Position numbers and translations under genes: made by a program. From an uncultured Clostridia bacterium (GTDB taxonomy: Bacteria > UBA6262 > WVXT01), in NCBI GenBank assembly GCA_964403285.1, contig CAYOFG010000002.1, positions 21,104 through 85,103 of the forward strand: a stretch of 64,000 bases of DNA. The letters run 5' to 3'. Below, in pieces: positions 1 through 8,344 of this stretch. Numbering within the stretch: the first letter of the stretch is position 1; every line of letters begins with the position of its first letter. The notes under the pieces are model-generated. The model ran no database searches, was not told where the DNA came from, and worked only from the letters and a program-made list of their open reading frames with translations.

Positions 1-365
1 CTATTAAAAGTAACCAAATCCTTGTACTGGGTCAGGTGACAAGGCCGGGGGCTTATCCGATGGAGGCGAACTTCACTGTCCTGGAAGCTATAGCCATAGC
101 AGGAAGTTATACGGAAAGCGCTGGCTTAAAGAGAGTTACTGTAACCCGACGGTCCCGGGAGAGAAGTCCCAAAGTGATAAAGGTAAATTTGAAGAAGGTT
201 ATAGCCAAAGGGGATAGAAATAGTGACGTTATCTTAGAACCAGGTGATATCGTTCATGTGCCAAAGAAAACATCGGCATGGACTATTTTCGACCGCTACT
301 TTATTGGGGGCGTATTACCAATAGTGGGTTTCGCTGTAATGATTGATACGATTACCAGAGATTGA
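1..365 (+). CDS. polysaccharide export protein, Wza-like (5'-truncated at window edge; C-terminal SLBB region)
   Basis: Reading frame is open from nt 3 with no stop. The 'ILVLGQVTRPGAYPME...ILEPGDIVHVPKK' pattern is typical of the soluble-ligand-binding beta-grasp repeats at the C-terminus of Wza/GumB exporters. It lies immediately upstream of the PCP and BY-kinase genes. Confidence 0.6.
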   Translation, partial: IKSNQILVLGQVTRPGAYPMEANFTVLEAIAIAGSYTESAGLKRVTVTRRSRERSPKVIKVNLKKVIAKGDRNSDVILEPGDIVHVPKKTSAWTIFDRYFIGGVLPIVGFAVMIDTITRD

Positions 366-415
366 AATTACTCGATTCCACATAAAGCTTGACACATTAG
401 AGAGGAACAAGAACA

Positions 416-1594
416 ATGGAAAATCTGGAAGAAAGAACTAGTAGCTTTCAGGAATTATTGCAGATTATATCTGCCAGAAGAGTCTTGATCATCGCGGGTT
501 TCCTGAGTGTTTTTGTAGTCACCACTATAGGAAGTTTTCGCATGGCGTCGGTCTATGAAATTTCTACTACGCTTATGGTAGAACCGGTAGAGGTATCTTA
601 TATTGAGAGTGGTTCCCTTTCTTACGGTGCCCGAGCAGCATTTATCGCTAATGAAAAAGAGATAATAAAGAGCCGAACTATTGCCGAAGAAGTTGTCAGA
701 CAACTTGGCTTACATGAGAGACTCGGTCCTCCATCTTTCCTTGGCATTCTACTTAACAAATTTTTTCAAACCAATCCCGGCCCTTTTGAAAAGACAGTTC
801 GTGGATTGCGGAAAAGCCTATTCGTGAGTTCAACCGGTGGCCCTAATATAATTGAGATTGGTTTAAATGACAAGGACCCCGTGGAGGGTGCTCGCATAGT
901 AAACACTGTGGCTCAGGTGTACATCGACTACAGATACCAGGCCTCGCTCATTAAGACTCGCGGCGCTTATAATTTCATTGCCGAGCAGGTCAAAATAGCC
1001 CAACAGAAACTCGGCAATTCTGACAGAGCCTTAAGAGAGTTCAAACAGAAAGAGAAAATGGCCGATTTACCATCGGAGACAGCTCATATTCTGGGTAGGC
1101 TATCAGCACTTGACGCTTCATTATCTGGCGAGTTGACTGAGTATTCTGAGAAGGACCCGCGAGTAGTACGTACTAAAGAAGAAATACGGAGACTCACTGC
1201 TAAACTTGAGAGTTTGCCACAAAAGGAACTGGAGCTGGCCCGGTTAGCCCGAGCGGTTAAGAGTAATGAAGAAATATATTTAATACTATTAAGAAAACTG
1301 GAAGACGCTCGCATCTCTGAAGTTGCTGAAATGCAAGGAATGGGAAGCGCAATGGTAATCGACCCCGCTGTCCCACCCCCTTATCCAATGAGGCGTAAAA
1401 GGGTAATGTTTATTCTCCTGGGAGGTATTATGAGTTTGGTATTCGGTATGGGAATGGCATTCTTTGCTGAATACAGGGATTCTTCTATGAGAACTTCTAA
1501 GGATATAGAAGAATCTTTGCACTCAAGAGTTCTGGGAATTATTCCTTCAACACCAAAAGAGATAAGAAAAACCTTTTTGGGTTTTAGACGCTAA
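416..1594 (+). CDS. polysaccharide co-polymerase / chain-length determinant protein (Wzz/Wzc N-terminal domain type)
   Basis: N-terminal TM helix (RVLIIAGFLSVFVVTTI). Long coiled-coil periplasmic region. C-terminal TM helix (VMFILLGGIMSLVFGMGMAFFAEY). Followed by a separately encoded BY-kinase-like ATPase, the split Wzc arrangement. Confidence 0.7.
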   Translation: MENLEERTSSFQELLQIISARRVLIIAGFLSVFVVTTIGSFRMASVYEISTTLMVEPVEVSYIESGSLSYGARAAFIANEKEIIKSRTIAEEVVRQLGLHERLGPPSFLGILLNKFFQTNPGPFEKTVRGLRKSLFVSSTGGPNIIEIGLNDKDPVEGARIVNTVAQVYIDYRYQASLIKTRGAYNFIAEQVKIAQQKLGNSDRALREFKQKEKMADLPSETAHILGRLSALDASLSGELTEYSEKDPRVVRTKEEIRRLTAKLESLPQKELELARLARAVKSNEEIYLILLRKLEDARISEVAEMQGMGSAMVIDPAVPPPYPMRRKRVMFILLGGIMSLVFGMGMAFFAEYRDSSMRTSKDIEESLHSRVLGIIPSTPKEIRKTFLGFRR

Positions 1595-1608
1595 AGGAGT
1601 AAATATAG

Positions 1609-2289
1609 ATGAATAAACGCATAAGGTATCACACATCATTAACTTTACCTGATGAGAAATCTCCCACCGGGGAATCTTACAGGGCTTTACGAACAAACAT
1701 TTTACGAACCACCCAGGATAAGTTGATGAAGGCAATTTTAATTACCAGTTCCAACCATTATGAGGGTAAGACTACCACGGCCATTAACTTAGCCTTAGCT
1801 ATGTCCGATGTTCCCGGGTATAAAACACTTTTAATCGATTCGGATTTGCGATTTCCAACTGTGCATGATAGATTAGGCCTGATGCAAAGTCCGGGGCTAA
1901 CCGAAATTCTGGAGGGAAGTGTAGGATTGGATTCAGAGATAATCGACACGGAAAAGGAAAATCTCAAAGTAATAACATCCGGGAATTTACCACACTATCC
2001 AGTAGAATTACTCGAATCAAAAAGATTAATGAACCTTATAACAGAGCTAAAATCACATTTTGACCTGATTCTCGTAGACTCTCCCCCGCTTATTCCATAT
2101 AGCGATGCAAGTGTGTTGAGTTCCCAGGTGGATGGAGTTTTACTTGTGGTCCAATCGGGTAGGACCCGCCGGGAGGATATCCAACAAGTGCACGCCACCT
2201 TACAGGATAATCAAGCTAAAGTATTAGGTATAGTGTTAAATAGGCAAAAACATTTTGTCCCTGATAGAATATATAAACGCCGGTTTTAG
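1609..2289 (+). CDS. BY-kinase-like P-loop ATPase (CpsD/CapB family, MinD/ParA fold)
   Basis: Walker A-like SNHYEGKTTT, Walker A' LLIDSDLRFP, Walker B LILVDSPP. The canonical PGEGKS glycine is replaced by Ser-x4-GKT, and the C-terminus (…DRIYKRRF) lacks a tyrosine cluster. Confidence 0.7.
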   Translation: MNKRIRYHTSLTLPDEKSPTGESYRALRTNILRTTQDKLMKAILITSSNHYEGKTTTAINLALAMSDVPGYKTLLIDSDLRFPTVHDRLGLMQSPGLTEILEGSVGLDSEIIDTEKENLKVITSGNLPHYPVELLESKRLMNLITELKSHFDLILVDSPPLIPYSDASVLSSQVDGVLLVVQSGRTRREDIQQVHATLQDNQAKVLGIVLNRQKHFVPDRIYKRRF

Positions 2290-2298
2290 AAATAATGT

Positions 2299-2351
2299 TG
2301 GAGTAGCTCCGATTTCATCGGAGCGTTTGGAGTAGCAGACCTTGGTCTGCG
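2299..2351. repeat. tandem hairpins of the GGAGTAGCAGAC-family element (terminator-like)
   Basis: gctccgat-ttca-atcggagc followed by gcagac-ctt-ggtctgc. Related copies occur at 14242-14295, 34893-34915, 39905-39946 and 5851-5894. Confidence 0.6.
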
Positions 2352-2356
2352 TTTAG

Positions 2357-2378
2357 AAAAAGTACCTGTCACTTTTTC
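2357..2378 (+). promoter_or_regulatory. conserved element AAAAAGTACCTGTCACTTTTTC immediately upstream of the RBS of the 1144-aa secreted protein gene
   Basis: Near-identical copies in the same orientation relative to the downstream gene occur at 54090-54106, 56956-56976 and 56992-57014. Each is followed within 0-20 nt by an SD-like sequence. Confidence 0.5.
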
Positions 2379-2402
2379 TTACTTTTTAAAAGGAGGTTTA
2401 GA

Positions 2403-5400
2403 ATGGTCAATCAAATGAGAAGGGTGGGGCGGTTTGGTATTTTATCTCTCTTCTTTGTTTTGGTATTTACAAATTCTGTCTGGGCAATATGGGTAGACGC
2501 CGATGGTTCAGGGAAGGAATCAATAAACATCTCCACTAATACTGGGAATTCTGAGTATCCTTCTCTTTATTTAGATAGTTCGAGGAATCCCCACATTGCC
2601 TGGTTTGATTCTACTGAAGTAGACGAGGAGATTTATTTTCTTAAATGGAATGGCACGGAATGGGTGGATGCTGATGGTTCAGGAAAGACATCCATAAACA
2701 TATCAAAGACTGTCGGAAGTTCTTATCAGCCTTCCCTTTGTTTGGATGGTTCGGGGAAGCCCCACATTGCCTGGAAAAATTATACCCCAGGAAACTATTA
2801 TGAGATCTATTATCTTAAATGGAATGGCTCAGAATGGGTAGATGCCGATGGCTGGGGTCAGGGCTCAATAAACATCTCCAATACCAGCACCGATTCTTTT
2901 CATGCTTCTCTTTGTTTAGACAGTTTGGGGAAGCCGCATATTGCCTGGTTTGAAGCTATTTCAGGGAATAGTGAGATTTATTATCTCCAGTGGAGTGGCA
3001 CATCTTGGGTAGATGCTGATGGTTCAGGAAAGGAAGGAATAAACATCTCCAATAATCCCGGGGATTCTAAAGACCCTGTTCTTTATTTAGATAGTTCAGG
3101 TAAACCTCACATTGCCTGGCATGACGATACTTCGGGAAATGAGGAGATTTATTATCTTAAATGGAATGGCTCAGAATGGGTGGATGCTGATGGTTCAGGA
3201 CAGGGAGAGATAAATGTATCAAAGAGACCCGGGGATTCCGGGTATGCCTCTCTTTGTTTAGATAGTTTGGATAATCCTCACATTGCCTGGTATGATTATG
3301 CTTCAGGAAAGAATGAGATTTACTATCTTAAATGGAATGGCATAGCCTGGGTAGATGCTGATGGTTCAGGACAGGGAGAGATAAATGTCTCCAATACTAC
3401 TGGGATTTCTAATTATCCTTCTCTTTATTTAGATGTTTCGGATAATCCTCACATTGCCTGGCACAATTCTTCCGGACTAAATGACATTTATTATCTTAAA
3501 TGGAATGGCATAGCCTGGGTAGATGCTGATGGTTCGGGAAAGGGAGAGATAAATATCTCAGCTAATGATGGGGATTCTAGCTATCCTTCCCTCTATTTAG
3601 ACGCTTCGGGAAATCCACATATTGCCTGGAAAGACAATACTTCAGGAAACTATGATATTTATTATCTCAAATGGAACGATGGACCTGTATTATCCTGGAC
3701 AGGAGAAACAAATTATAGTAACGATGGTTTACATCCTCAAACGGGCTATCGCGATACTGATTTTATTTACAGGGTAAAGTATATGGACGTGAATAACGAC
3801 GGACCAAAATCAGGTTATCCTAAGTTACATATTATGAAAGGCGGGTCAGAAATAGGCGTGTTTACCATGGACGAAGTAGATCCAGGAGATACGACTTATA
3901 GCAATGGGAAACTTTATACTTACACCAAAAGTGGATTAGTTGCATTAGGCGATGATTATACTTATTACTTTGAGGCAAAAGACATTTGGAATACTCCAGC
4001 AACTGGTGCACCAACTAGTTCTCAAGATGGTCCGGACGTTATAAACCGTGCTCCTACACTATCCTGGACGGAAGAAACGAATTATGCTTCTGATGGATTG
4101 GATCCCGAAGTTGGCCCTCGCGAGACGAGTTTTGTTTACAAGGTAAAATATACAGATGAGGACAACGACCTCCCGGCAGCAGGTTATCCTAAATTACATA
4201 TTAAGAAGGGTGGAACACCAATATCTGGAAGTCCATTTCCCATGAGTCCAGTAGATCTAGGAGATAATAATTACGCTGATGGGAAACTTTATGCTTACAC
4301 TAAAATCGGATTGGAACCGGGAACGGACTATACTTATTACTTTGAGGCAAATGACGTTTGGAACATTCCCGCAACAGGCGACCCCACCAATCCTGTTGAT
4401 GGGCCCGACGTCGCAAACATTCTTCCCACACTATCCTGGACAGGAGAAACGAATTATGCCTCTGACGGCTTGGACCCCGAAATTGGCCCTCGCGGGACTA
4501 GTTTTGTTTATAGAGTAAAGTATACAGACGAGGAGAACGACGCTCCGGCATCAGGTTATCCTGAGTTACATATTAGGAAGGGTGGGTTGGAGATAAGCGG
4601 AAGTCCGTTTACTATGGACGAGGTAAATTCAGGAGATAAGAATTACAATGATGGGAAACTCTATACCTACACCAAAAGTGGACTAACACCCGGAGAAAAT
4701 TACACTTATTACTTTGAGGCAAAAGACTTATGGGATGGTGTAGCAACAGGCGACCCAACGAATCCTGTTGACGCCCCGGACGTTACAAACATTGCTCCCA
4801 CATTATCCTGGACAGGAGAAACGAATTACACGAGTGATGGCTTGAATCCTGAAACCGGTTATCCTGATACTAATTTCACTTACCGGGTAATTTATGCAGA
4901 CACCGATAATGATGCTCCGGCATCAGGATATCCTAAATTACATATCAAGAAGGCCGGGAAAGAGATAAGCGGGAGTCCGTTTGCTATGAGCGAAGTAAAT
5001 GCAGGAGATAAAGATTACACTGATGGCAAGGTCTATGCCTCCGCCAAGAGTGGACTGGCACCAGGAGAGGATTATACTTATTACTTTGAAGCAAAAGACT
5101 TATGGGATGGTGCAGCAACGGGAGATCCAACCAATCCTCTTGCTGGACCTGACGTGGGAAACCTTGCTCCCACATTATCTTGGACGGGAGAGACAAATTA
5201 TACTGAGGATGGCTTGGACCCTGAAGTTGGCTCTCACTATACTGATTTCATTTACAGGGTAAAGTATGCGGACCCGAACAATGACGTTCCCGCATCAGGT
5301 TATCCCAGGTTGCATATCAAAAAGGGCGGGATAGAGATAGAAGGAAGCCCATTTACTATGCGCGAGGTAAATACGGGAGATAAGAATTACAGGGACGGCA

Positions 5401-5837
5401 AACTTTATACCTATACAAAGGGTAGATTACCAATGGGGATGGATTATACTTATCACTTCCAGGCAAAAGACTGCTGGAACAGTGTGGCAACAGGCGATCC
5501 GACCAGCGCCATTGATGCCCCGGACGTCCTTATCGGGTTCTCGGCAATAGGCGAAGTAAAGATTCAGGGAGGGGAAAACGGTTATGTTAATCCCCTGAAA
5601 GGCGAGGAAGCAGAGATCCATTTCTGGCCGAGCACTCAGGGAACAGTAAATGTTGAGATTTTTGATTTGATAGGACTGCTTGTCTGGGAAAAAAGTAAAG
5701 CTGTAACAGGAGCTCAAGATTCCATTAAATGGGATTGCAGAAACAATGAGAATGGTCTGGTGGCTTCGGGAATTTATGTTGTCTTTGTGAAAGGTCCGGG
5801 AATAAATGCTACCAAAAAAGTTGCAGTTATGAAATAA
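2403..5837 (+). CDS. large secreted repeat protein: signal peptide, 7 x ~55-aa repeats, 5 x ~120-aa repeats, C-terminal FlgD-Ig/T9SS-like sorting domain
   Basis: RBS aaaaggagg lies 7 nt upstream of the ATG. N-terminal signal peptide FGILSLFFVLVFTNSVWA. Repeat A motif: WVDADGSG..INIS..PSL.LD..G.PHIAW....EIYYLKWNG. Repeat B motif: PTLSWTGETNY.SDGLDPE...FVYRVKYTDEDND.P..GYPKLHIKKGG...YTYYFEAKD.W. C-terminus ...IKWDCRNNENGLVASGIYVVFVKG....KKVAVMK resembles the C-terminal domains of the beta-helix proteins downstream. Confidence 0.8.
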   Translation: MVNQMRRVGRFGILSLFFVLVFTNSVWAIWVDADGSGKESINISTNTGNSEYPSLYLDSSRNPHIAWFDSTEVDEEIYFLKWNGTEWVDADGSGKTSINISKTVGSSYQPSLCLDGSGKPHIAWKNYTPGNYYEIYYLKWNGSEWVDADGWGQGSINISNTSTDSFHASLCLDSLGKPHIAWFEAISGNSEIYYLQWSGTSWVDADGSGKEGINISNNPGDSKDPVLYLDSSGKPHIAWHDDTSGNEEIYYLKWNGSEWVDADGSGQGEINVSKRPGDSGYASLCLDSLDNPHIAWYDYASGKNEIYYLKWNGIAWVDADGSGQGEINVSNTTGISNYPSLYLDVSDNPHIAWHNSSGLNDIYYLKWNGIAWVDADGSGKGEINISANDGDSSYPSLYLDASGNPHIAWKDNTSGNYDIYYLKWNDGPVLSWTGETNYSNDGLHPQTGYRDTDFIYRVKYMDVNNDGPKSGYPKLHIMKGGSEIGVFTMDEVDPGDTTYSNGKLYTYTKSGLVALGDDYTYYFEAKDIWNTPATGAPTSSQDGPDVINRAPTLSWTEETNYASDGLDPEVGPRETSFVYKVKYTDEDNDLPAAGYPKLHIKKGGTPISGSPFPMSPVDLGDNNYADGKLYAYTKIGLEPGTDYTYYFEANDVWNIPATGDPTNPVDGPDVANILPTLSWTGETNYASDGLDPEIGPRGTSFVYRVKYTDEENDAPASGYPELHIRKGGLEISGSPFTMDEVNSGDKNYNDGKLYTYTKSGLTPGENYTYYFEAKDLWDGVATGDPTNPVDAPDVTNIAPTLSWTGETNYTSDGLNPETGYPDTNFTYRVIYADTDNDAPASGYPKLHIKKAGKEISGSPFAMSEVNAGDKDYTDGKVYASAKSGLAPGEDYTYYFEAKDLWDGAATGDPTNPLAGPDVGNLAPTLSWTGETNYTEDGLDPEVGSHYTDFIYRVKYADPNNDVPASGYPRLHIKKGGIEIEGSPFTMREVNTGDKNYRDGKLYTYTKGRLPMGMDYTYHFQAKDCWNSVATGDPTSAIDAPDVLIGFSAIGEVKIQGGENGYVNPLKGEEAEIHFWPSTQGTVNVEIFDLIGLLVWEKSKAVTGAQDSIKWDCRNNENGLVASGIYVVFVKGPGINATKKVAVMK

Positions 5838-5850
5838 GAAGACTGTAGCT

Positions 5851-5894
5851 GCAGAGCGATAGCTCTGCCAAGGAAAGCAAAGCTTGCGCTTTGC
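5851..5894. terminator. two consecutive stem-loops (gcagagc-gata-gctctgc; gcaaagc-ttgc-gctttgc) after the large repeat-protein gene
   Basis: Perfect 7-bp stems directly after the stop codon. Related to the GCAGAGC hairpin at 39929-39946. The T-tract is weak, so this may be an RNA-stability or processing element rather than an intrinsic terminator. Confidence 0.4.
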
Positions 5895-5932
5895 GGCTAC
5901 AAAAAAAGATAATGGTCTTGAAGGAGGTAAAG

Positions 5933-6835
5933 GTGAAAAAAATTCTTATTCTTTCTATTTTTCTGGTTCTGGTTCTGGCAAATGGTTTATGGGCAAAAGG
6001 AGCAGGGACATCCAGCGCGATTGTGCTCCAGCAGCCGATAGGCGCAAGAGCCTCGGGGATGGCAGAGGCTTATACTGCGGTGGGGGGAGAAATATGTGTC
6101 CTCCATTATAATCCAGCGAGCTTGATTTCTCTTCCTGGTCGAGAGGCTGCCTTCAGCTATCAGCGAGGCCTAGCCGATGATAGTTTTATGAGTCTTCTTT
6201 ATGGCCAGCCAACTTCTGTGGGAGTCTTCGCAGGGGCTTTCTCCTACTACACAGCGGGAGACATTGACCTGATCGACCTTGACGGAAATGAGTGGACGGC
6301 AAAGGCAGAGCAGGATTTTGTAATACTGGCTGGCTTTGCCCGCAAGTTTGTGGAGAATTTACCGATGGGCATAAACCTGAAGATAGTCTCCTCAAGACTC
6401 GTAGAAGTCAAGACGGGTACGGCTTTTGCAATAGATCTGGGAGGACTTTACTACACACCAATAGAAGGTCTGGCGGGAGGATTGGCGATTCGAAATTTGG
6501 GGACAACGCTTAAATTCCTCGATGAAAGTGATTCTCTTCCTTTGACAATTTCCGTTGGGGCTGCTTTTCAGAAGCATTTTGGCAGCCAGAAAATTTTACT
6601 GAGCGCAGATTTCCCTTTTTTGGTTTATGAACAGAAAGTTACTCCAGCAGTTGGTTTTGAGTTTGACTGGCGAGAGATGGTTCAGGGAAGAATTGGTTAT
6701 AAATTCAACATTGATGATACTGGACTTGCTCTGGGTATGGGATTCTCGTATCAGAGCTATTTCATTAACTATGCCTTTGGCCTGGCAGACAGGTTAGAAA
6801 ATGGACACCGGGTAAGTCTGGGCGTAAGATTTTAA
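5933..6835 (+). CDS. FadL-like outer-membrane beta-barrel protein (PorV / PorP-SprF / PorQ-like), partner of the upstream CTD protein
   Basis: GTG start at 5933 lies 5 nt after RBS aaggagg. Signal peptide KKILILSIFLVLVLANGLWA. N-terminal FadL-like motif GARASGMAEAYTAVGG...YNPASL. Ends in aromatic-rich beta-strands (…VSLGVRF). The 5891 ORF-track start would run through the upstream hairpins. Confidence 0.6.
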   Translation: MKKILILSIFLVLVLANGLWAKGAGTSSAIVLQQPIGARASGMAEAYTAVGGEICVLHYNPASLISLPGREAAFSYQRGLADDSFMSLLYGQPTSVGVFAGAFSYYTAGDIDLIDLDGNEWTAKAEQDFVILAGFARKFVENLPMGINLKIVSSRLVEVKTGTAFAIDLGGLYYTPIEGLAGGLAIRNLGTTLKFLDESDSLPLTISVGAAFQKHFGSQKILLSADFPFLVYEQKVTPAVGFEFDWREMVQGRIGYKFNIDDTGLALGMGFSYQSYFINYAFGLADRLENGHRVSLGVRF

Positions 6836-6849
6836 AATTAGGGGAAAAA

Positions 6850-8340
6850 TTGTATCTTTATGACTCTGGGATAAGTGACCGTTATAGAATTGGCTGGCCA
6901 GTGATTGTTATTCTGGGAGGAATAATCTGCGGATTTTTTATATTGTTCCTCACCCTACTTCCAGCCAGGTGGGGAGTGCTTGGCGCCATAGGAATAATGG
7001 TTCCCTTTATTGCCCTAATGACAGGAAATGAGAAGCGTTTCTTTTTGGCAATATTGGTGTTCGCTTTACCAATACAACTGGATATAACTATTGGATATAC
7101 GGGACATCTCGGGGGAGCAGCCGGATTCATAATATCGCTGTATGATATCACCCTTGCTATTCTATACATATTCTGGATTAGTGAATTTGTAAGAAATAAG
7201 AAGAGAATTAACTTTTTCCCCAGAATAAGCCTACCTTTCTTTTTCCTGGTTGGCATGGCTACATTATCAATGGCCAATGCTTCCTTCCCAAAATTGAGCT
7301 TGTTTGAGATAGTGCAAGTGCTCAAAATGTATCTGGGCTTCCTTTATATAGGAAATAATATCAAAAGCAGGAAAGAAATTCAATTTGTGATTGTTTTTTT
7401 GCTTTTAGGCCTTTTTTTAGAAAGTCTGCTTGGTCTTGCCCAATATAAGTTTGACCGCCCTCTTGTTCCCAGTGTATTGGGCGGGCCGGAAAAGGTGGGA
7501 TACATAAGACTTGGTGAGCCAATGTCCAGGATTTCGGGTACATGGGTATCTTACAATGATTTTGCCTGGTATCTCACATTTATGCTGCCTATCTCTCTGA
7601 GTCTACTCTTCTCCAGAATAAGGGGAAGCTATAAGATAATGTGTGGTTTAATATTAGTTGCCGGGATTGGTGCTCTGATATGCACTCTCTCCCGGGCAGG
7701 ATGGTATAGTTTTGTAGTAGCTGCTCTAATAGTATTATTATTGAATTTTTCAAAAACCAAAGGAAAAACAGGACTGAATAATTTTGCCACATCGATTGTC
7801 GCCATTCTAATTGTTATCTCCGTTATATTCACTGTGAACCCTCAATTCTTAAATATCGTCAATCGTCGAGTTGTTAGTGACGATTACGACGCTGCATATT
7901 CCCGCATCCCTCAAATGCAAGTAGCTTCGAACATAATAAGGGCTAATCCTCTCTTGGGTATAGGGATTAATAATTACACAGAAGTTATGGATCAGTATGA
8001 TACGACGGACGTTAAACTTACATCCATAACCCGACAGCAGGTGCACAATATATTCCTGCAAGTCGCGGCAGAAATGGGCGTCGCCGGCCTTGCCATTTTC
8101 ATCTGGCTCATATTTATGGTTTATAAAGAGGGCTTGAGTTACATTAGGTTCAGTGAAGATTCAATGTCAAACGTAGTTGTAGGTCTTATTGGGGGAATCA
8201 CGGCTTTTTTGATCCACGGCCTGGTAGATGCAGCATCTTTGGGAAACCATCTATTTCTTATATTCTGGTTTTTCACTGGCATGGTTATTGTAATAAAGAA
8301 AATTACATTGCAGGCAAAACCTTCTGTTGTGGGAGCTTAA
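6850..8340 (+). CDS. O-antigen polymerase/ligase family membrane protein (Wzy-like)
   Basis: At least 10 predicted TM helices. Large loop containing LSRAGWY, similar to the Wzy_C/O-antigen ligase signature. Positioned between the outer-membrane barrel and the flippase. The TTG start is uncertain. Confidence 0.55.
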   Translation: MYLYDSGISDRYRIGWPVIVILGGIICGFFILFLTLLPARWGVLGAIGIMVPFIALMTGNEKRFFLAILVFALPIQLDITIGYTGHLGGAAGFIISLYDITLAILYIFWISEFVRNKKRINFFPRISLPFFFLVGMATLSMANASFPKLSLFEIVQVLKMYLGFLYIGNNIKSRKEIQFVIVFLLLGLFLESLLGLAQYKFDRPLVPSVLGGPEKVGYIRLGEPMSRISGTWVSYNDFAWYLTFMLPISLSLLFSRIRGSYKIMCGLILVAGIGALICTLSRAGWYSFVVAALIVLLLNFSKTKGKTGLNNFATSIVAILIVISVIFTVNPQFLNIVNRRVVSDDYDAAYSRIPQMQVASNIIRANPLLGIGINNYTEVMDQYDTTDVKLTSITRQQVHNIFLQVAAEMGVAGLAIFIWLIFMVYKEGLSYIRFSEDSMSNVVVGLIGGITAFLIHGLVDAASLGNHLFLIFWFFTGMVIVIKKITLQAKPSVVGA

Positions 8341-8344
8341 GTGA

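Noticed and set aside
2299-2351. Riboswitch or attenuator interpretation of the double hairpin upstream of the large secreted-protein gene
   Set aside because: The same hairpin family recurs at 3' ends of unrelated genes, so a generic terminator or REP-like role is more parsimonious than a ligand-sensing leader. No conserved riboswitch core was recognised.
4279-4518. 79-aa ORF inside the large repeat-protein gene (and similar internal or antisense ORFs such as 4999-5262, 4984-5196, 5427-5717, 6882-7325, 27211-27837, 58296-58877, 55602-56003)
   Set aside because: They are fully embedded in, or antisense to, long well-supported genes. They have low-complexity or repeat-derived composition and lack RBSs. 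Judged to be typical spurious frames.
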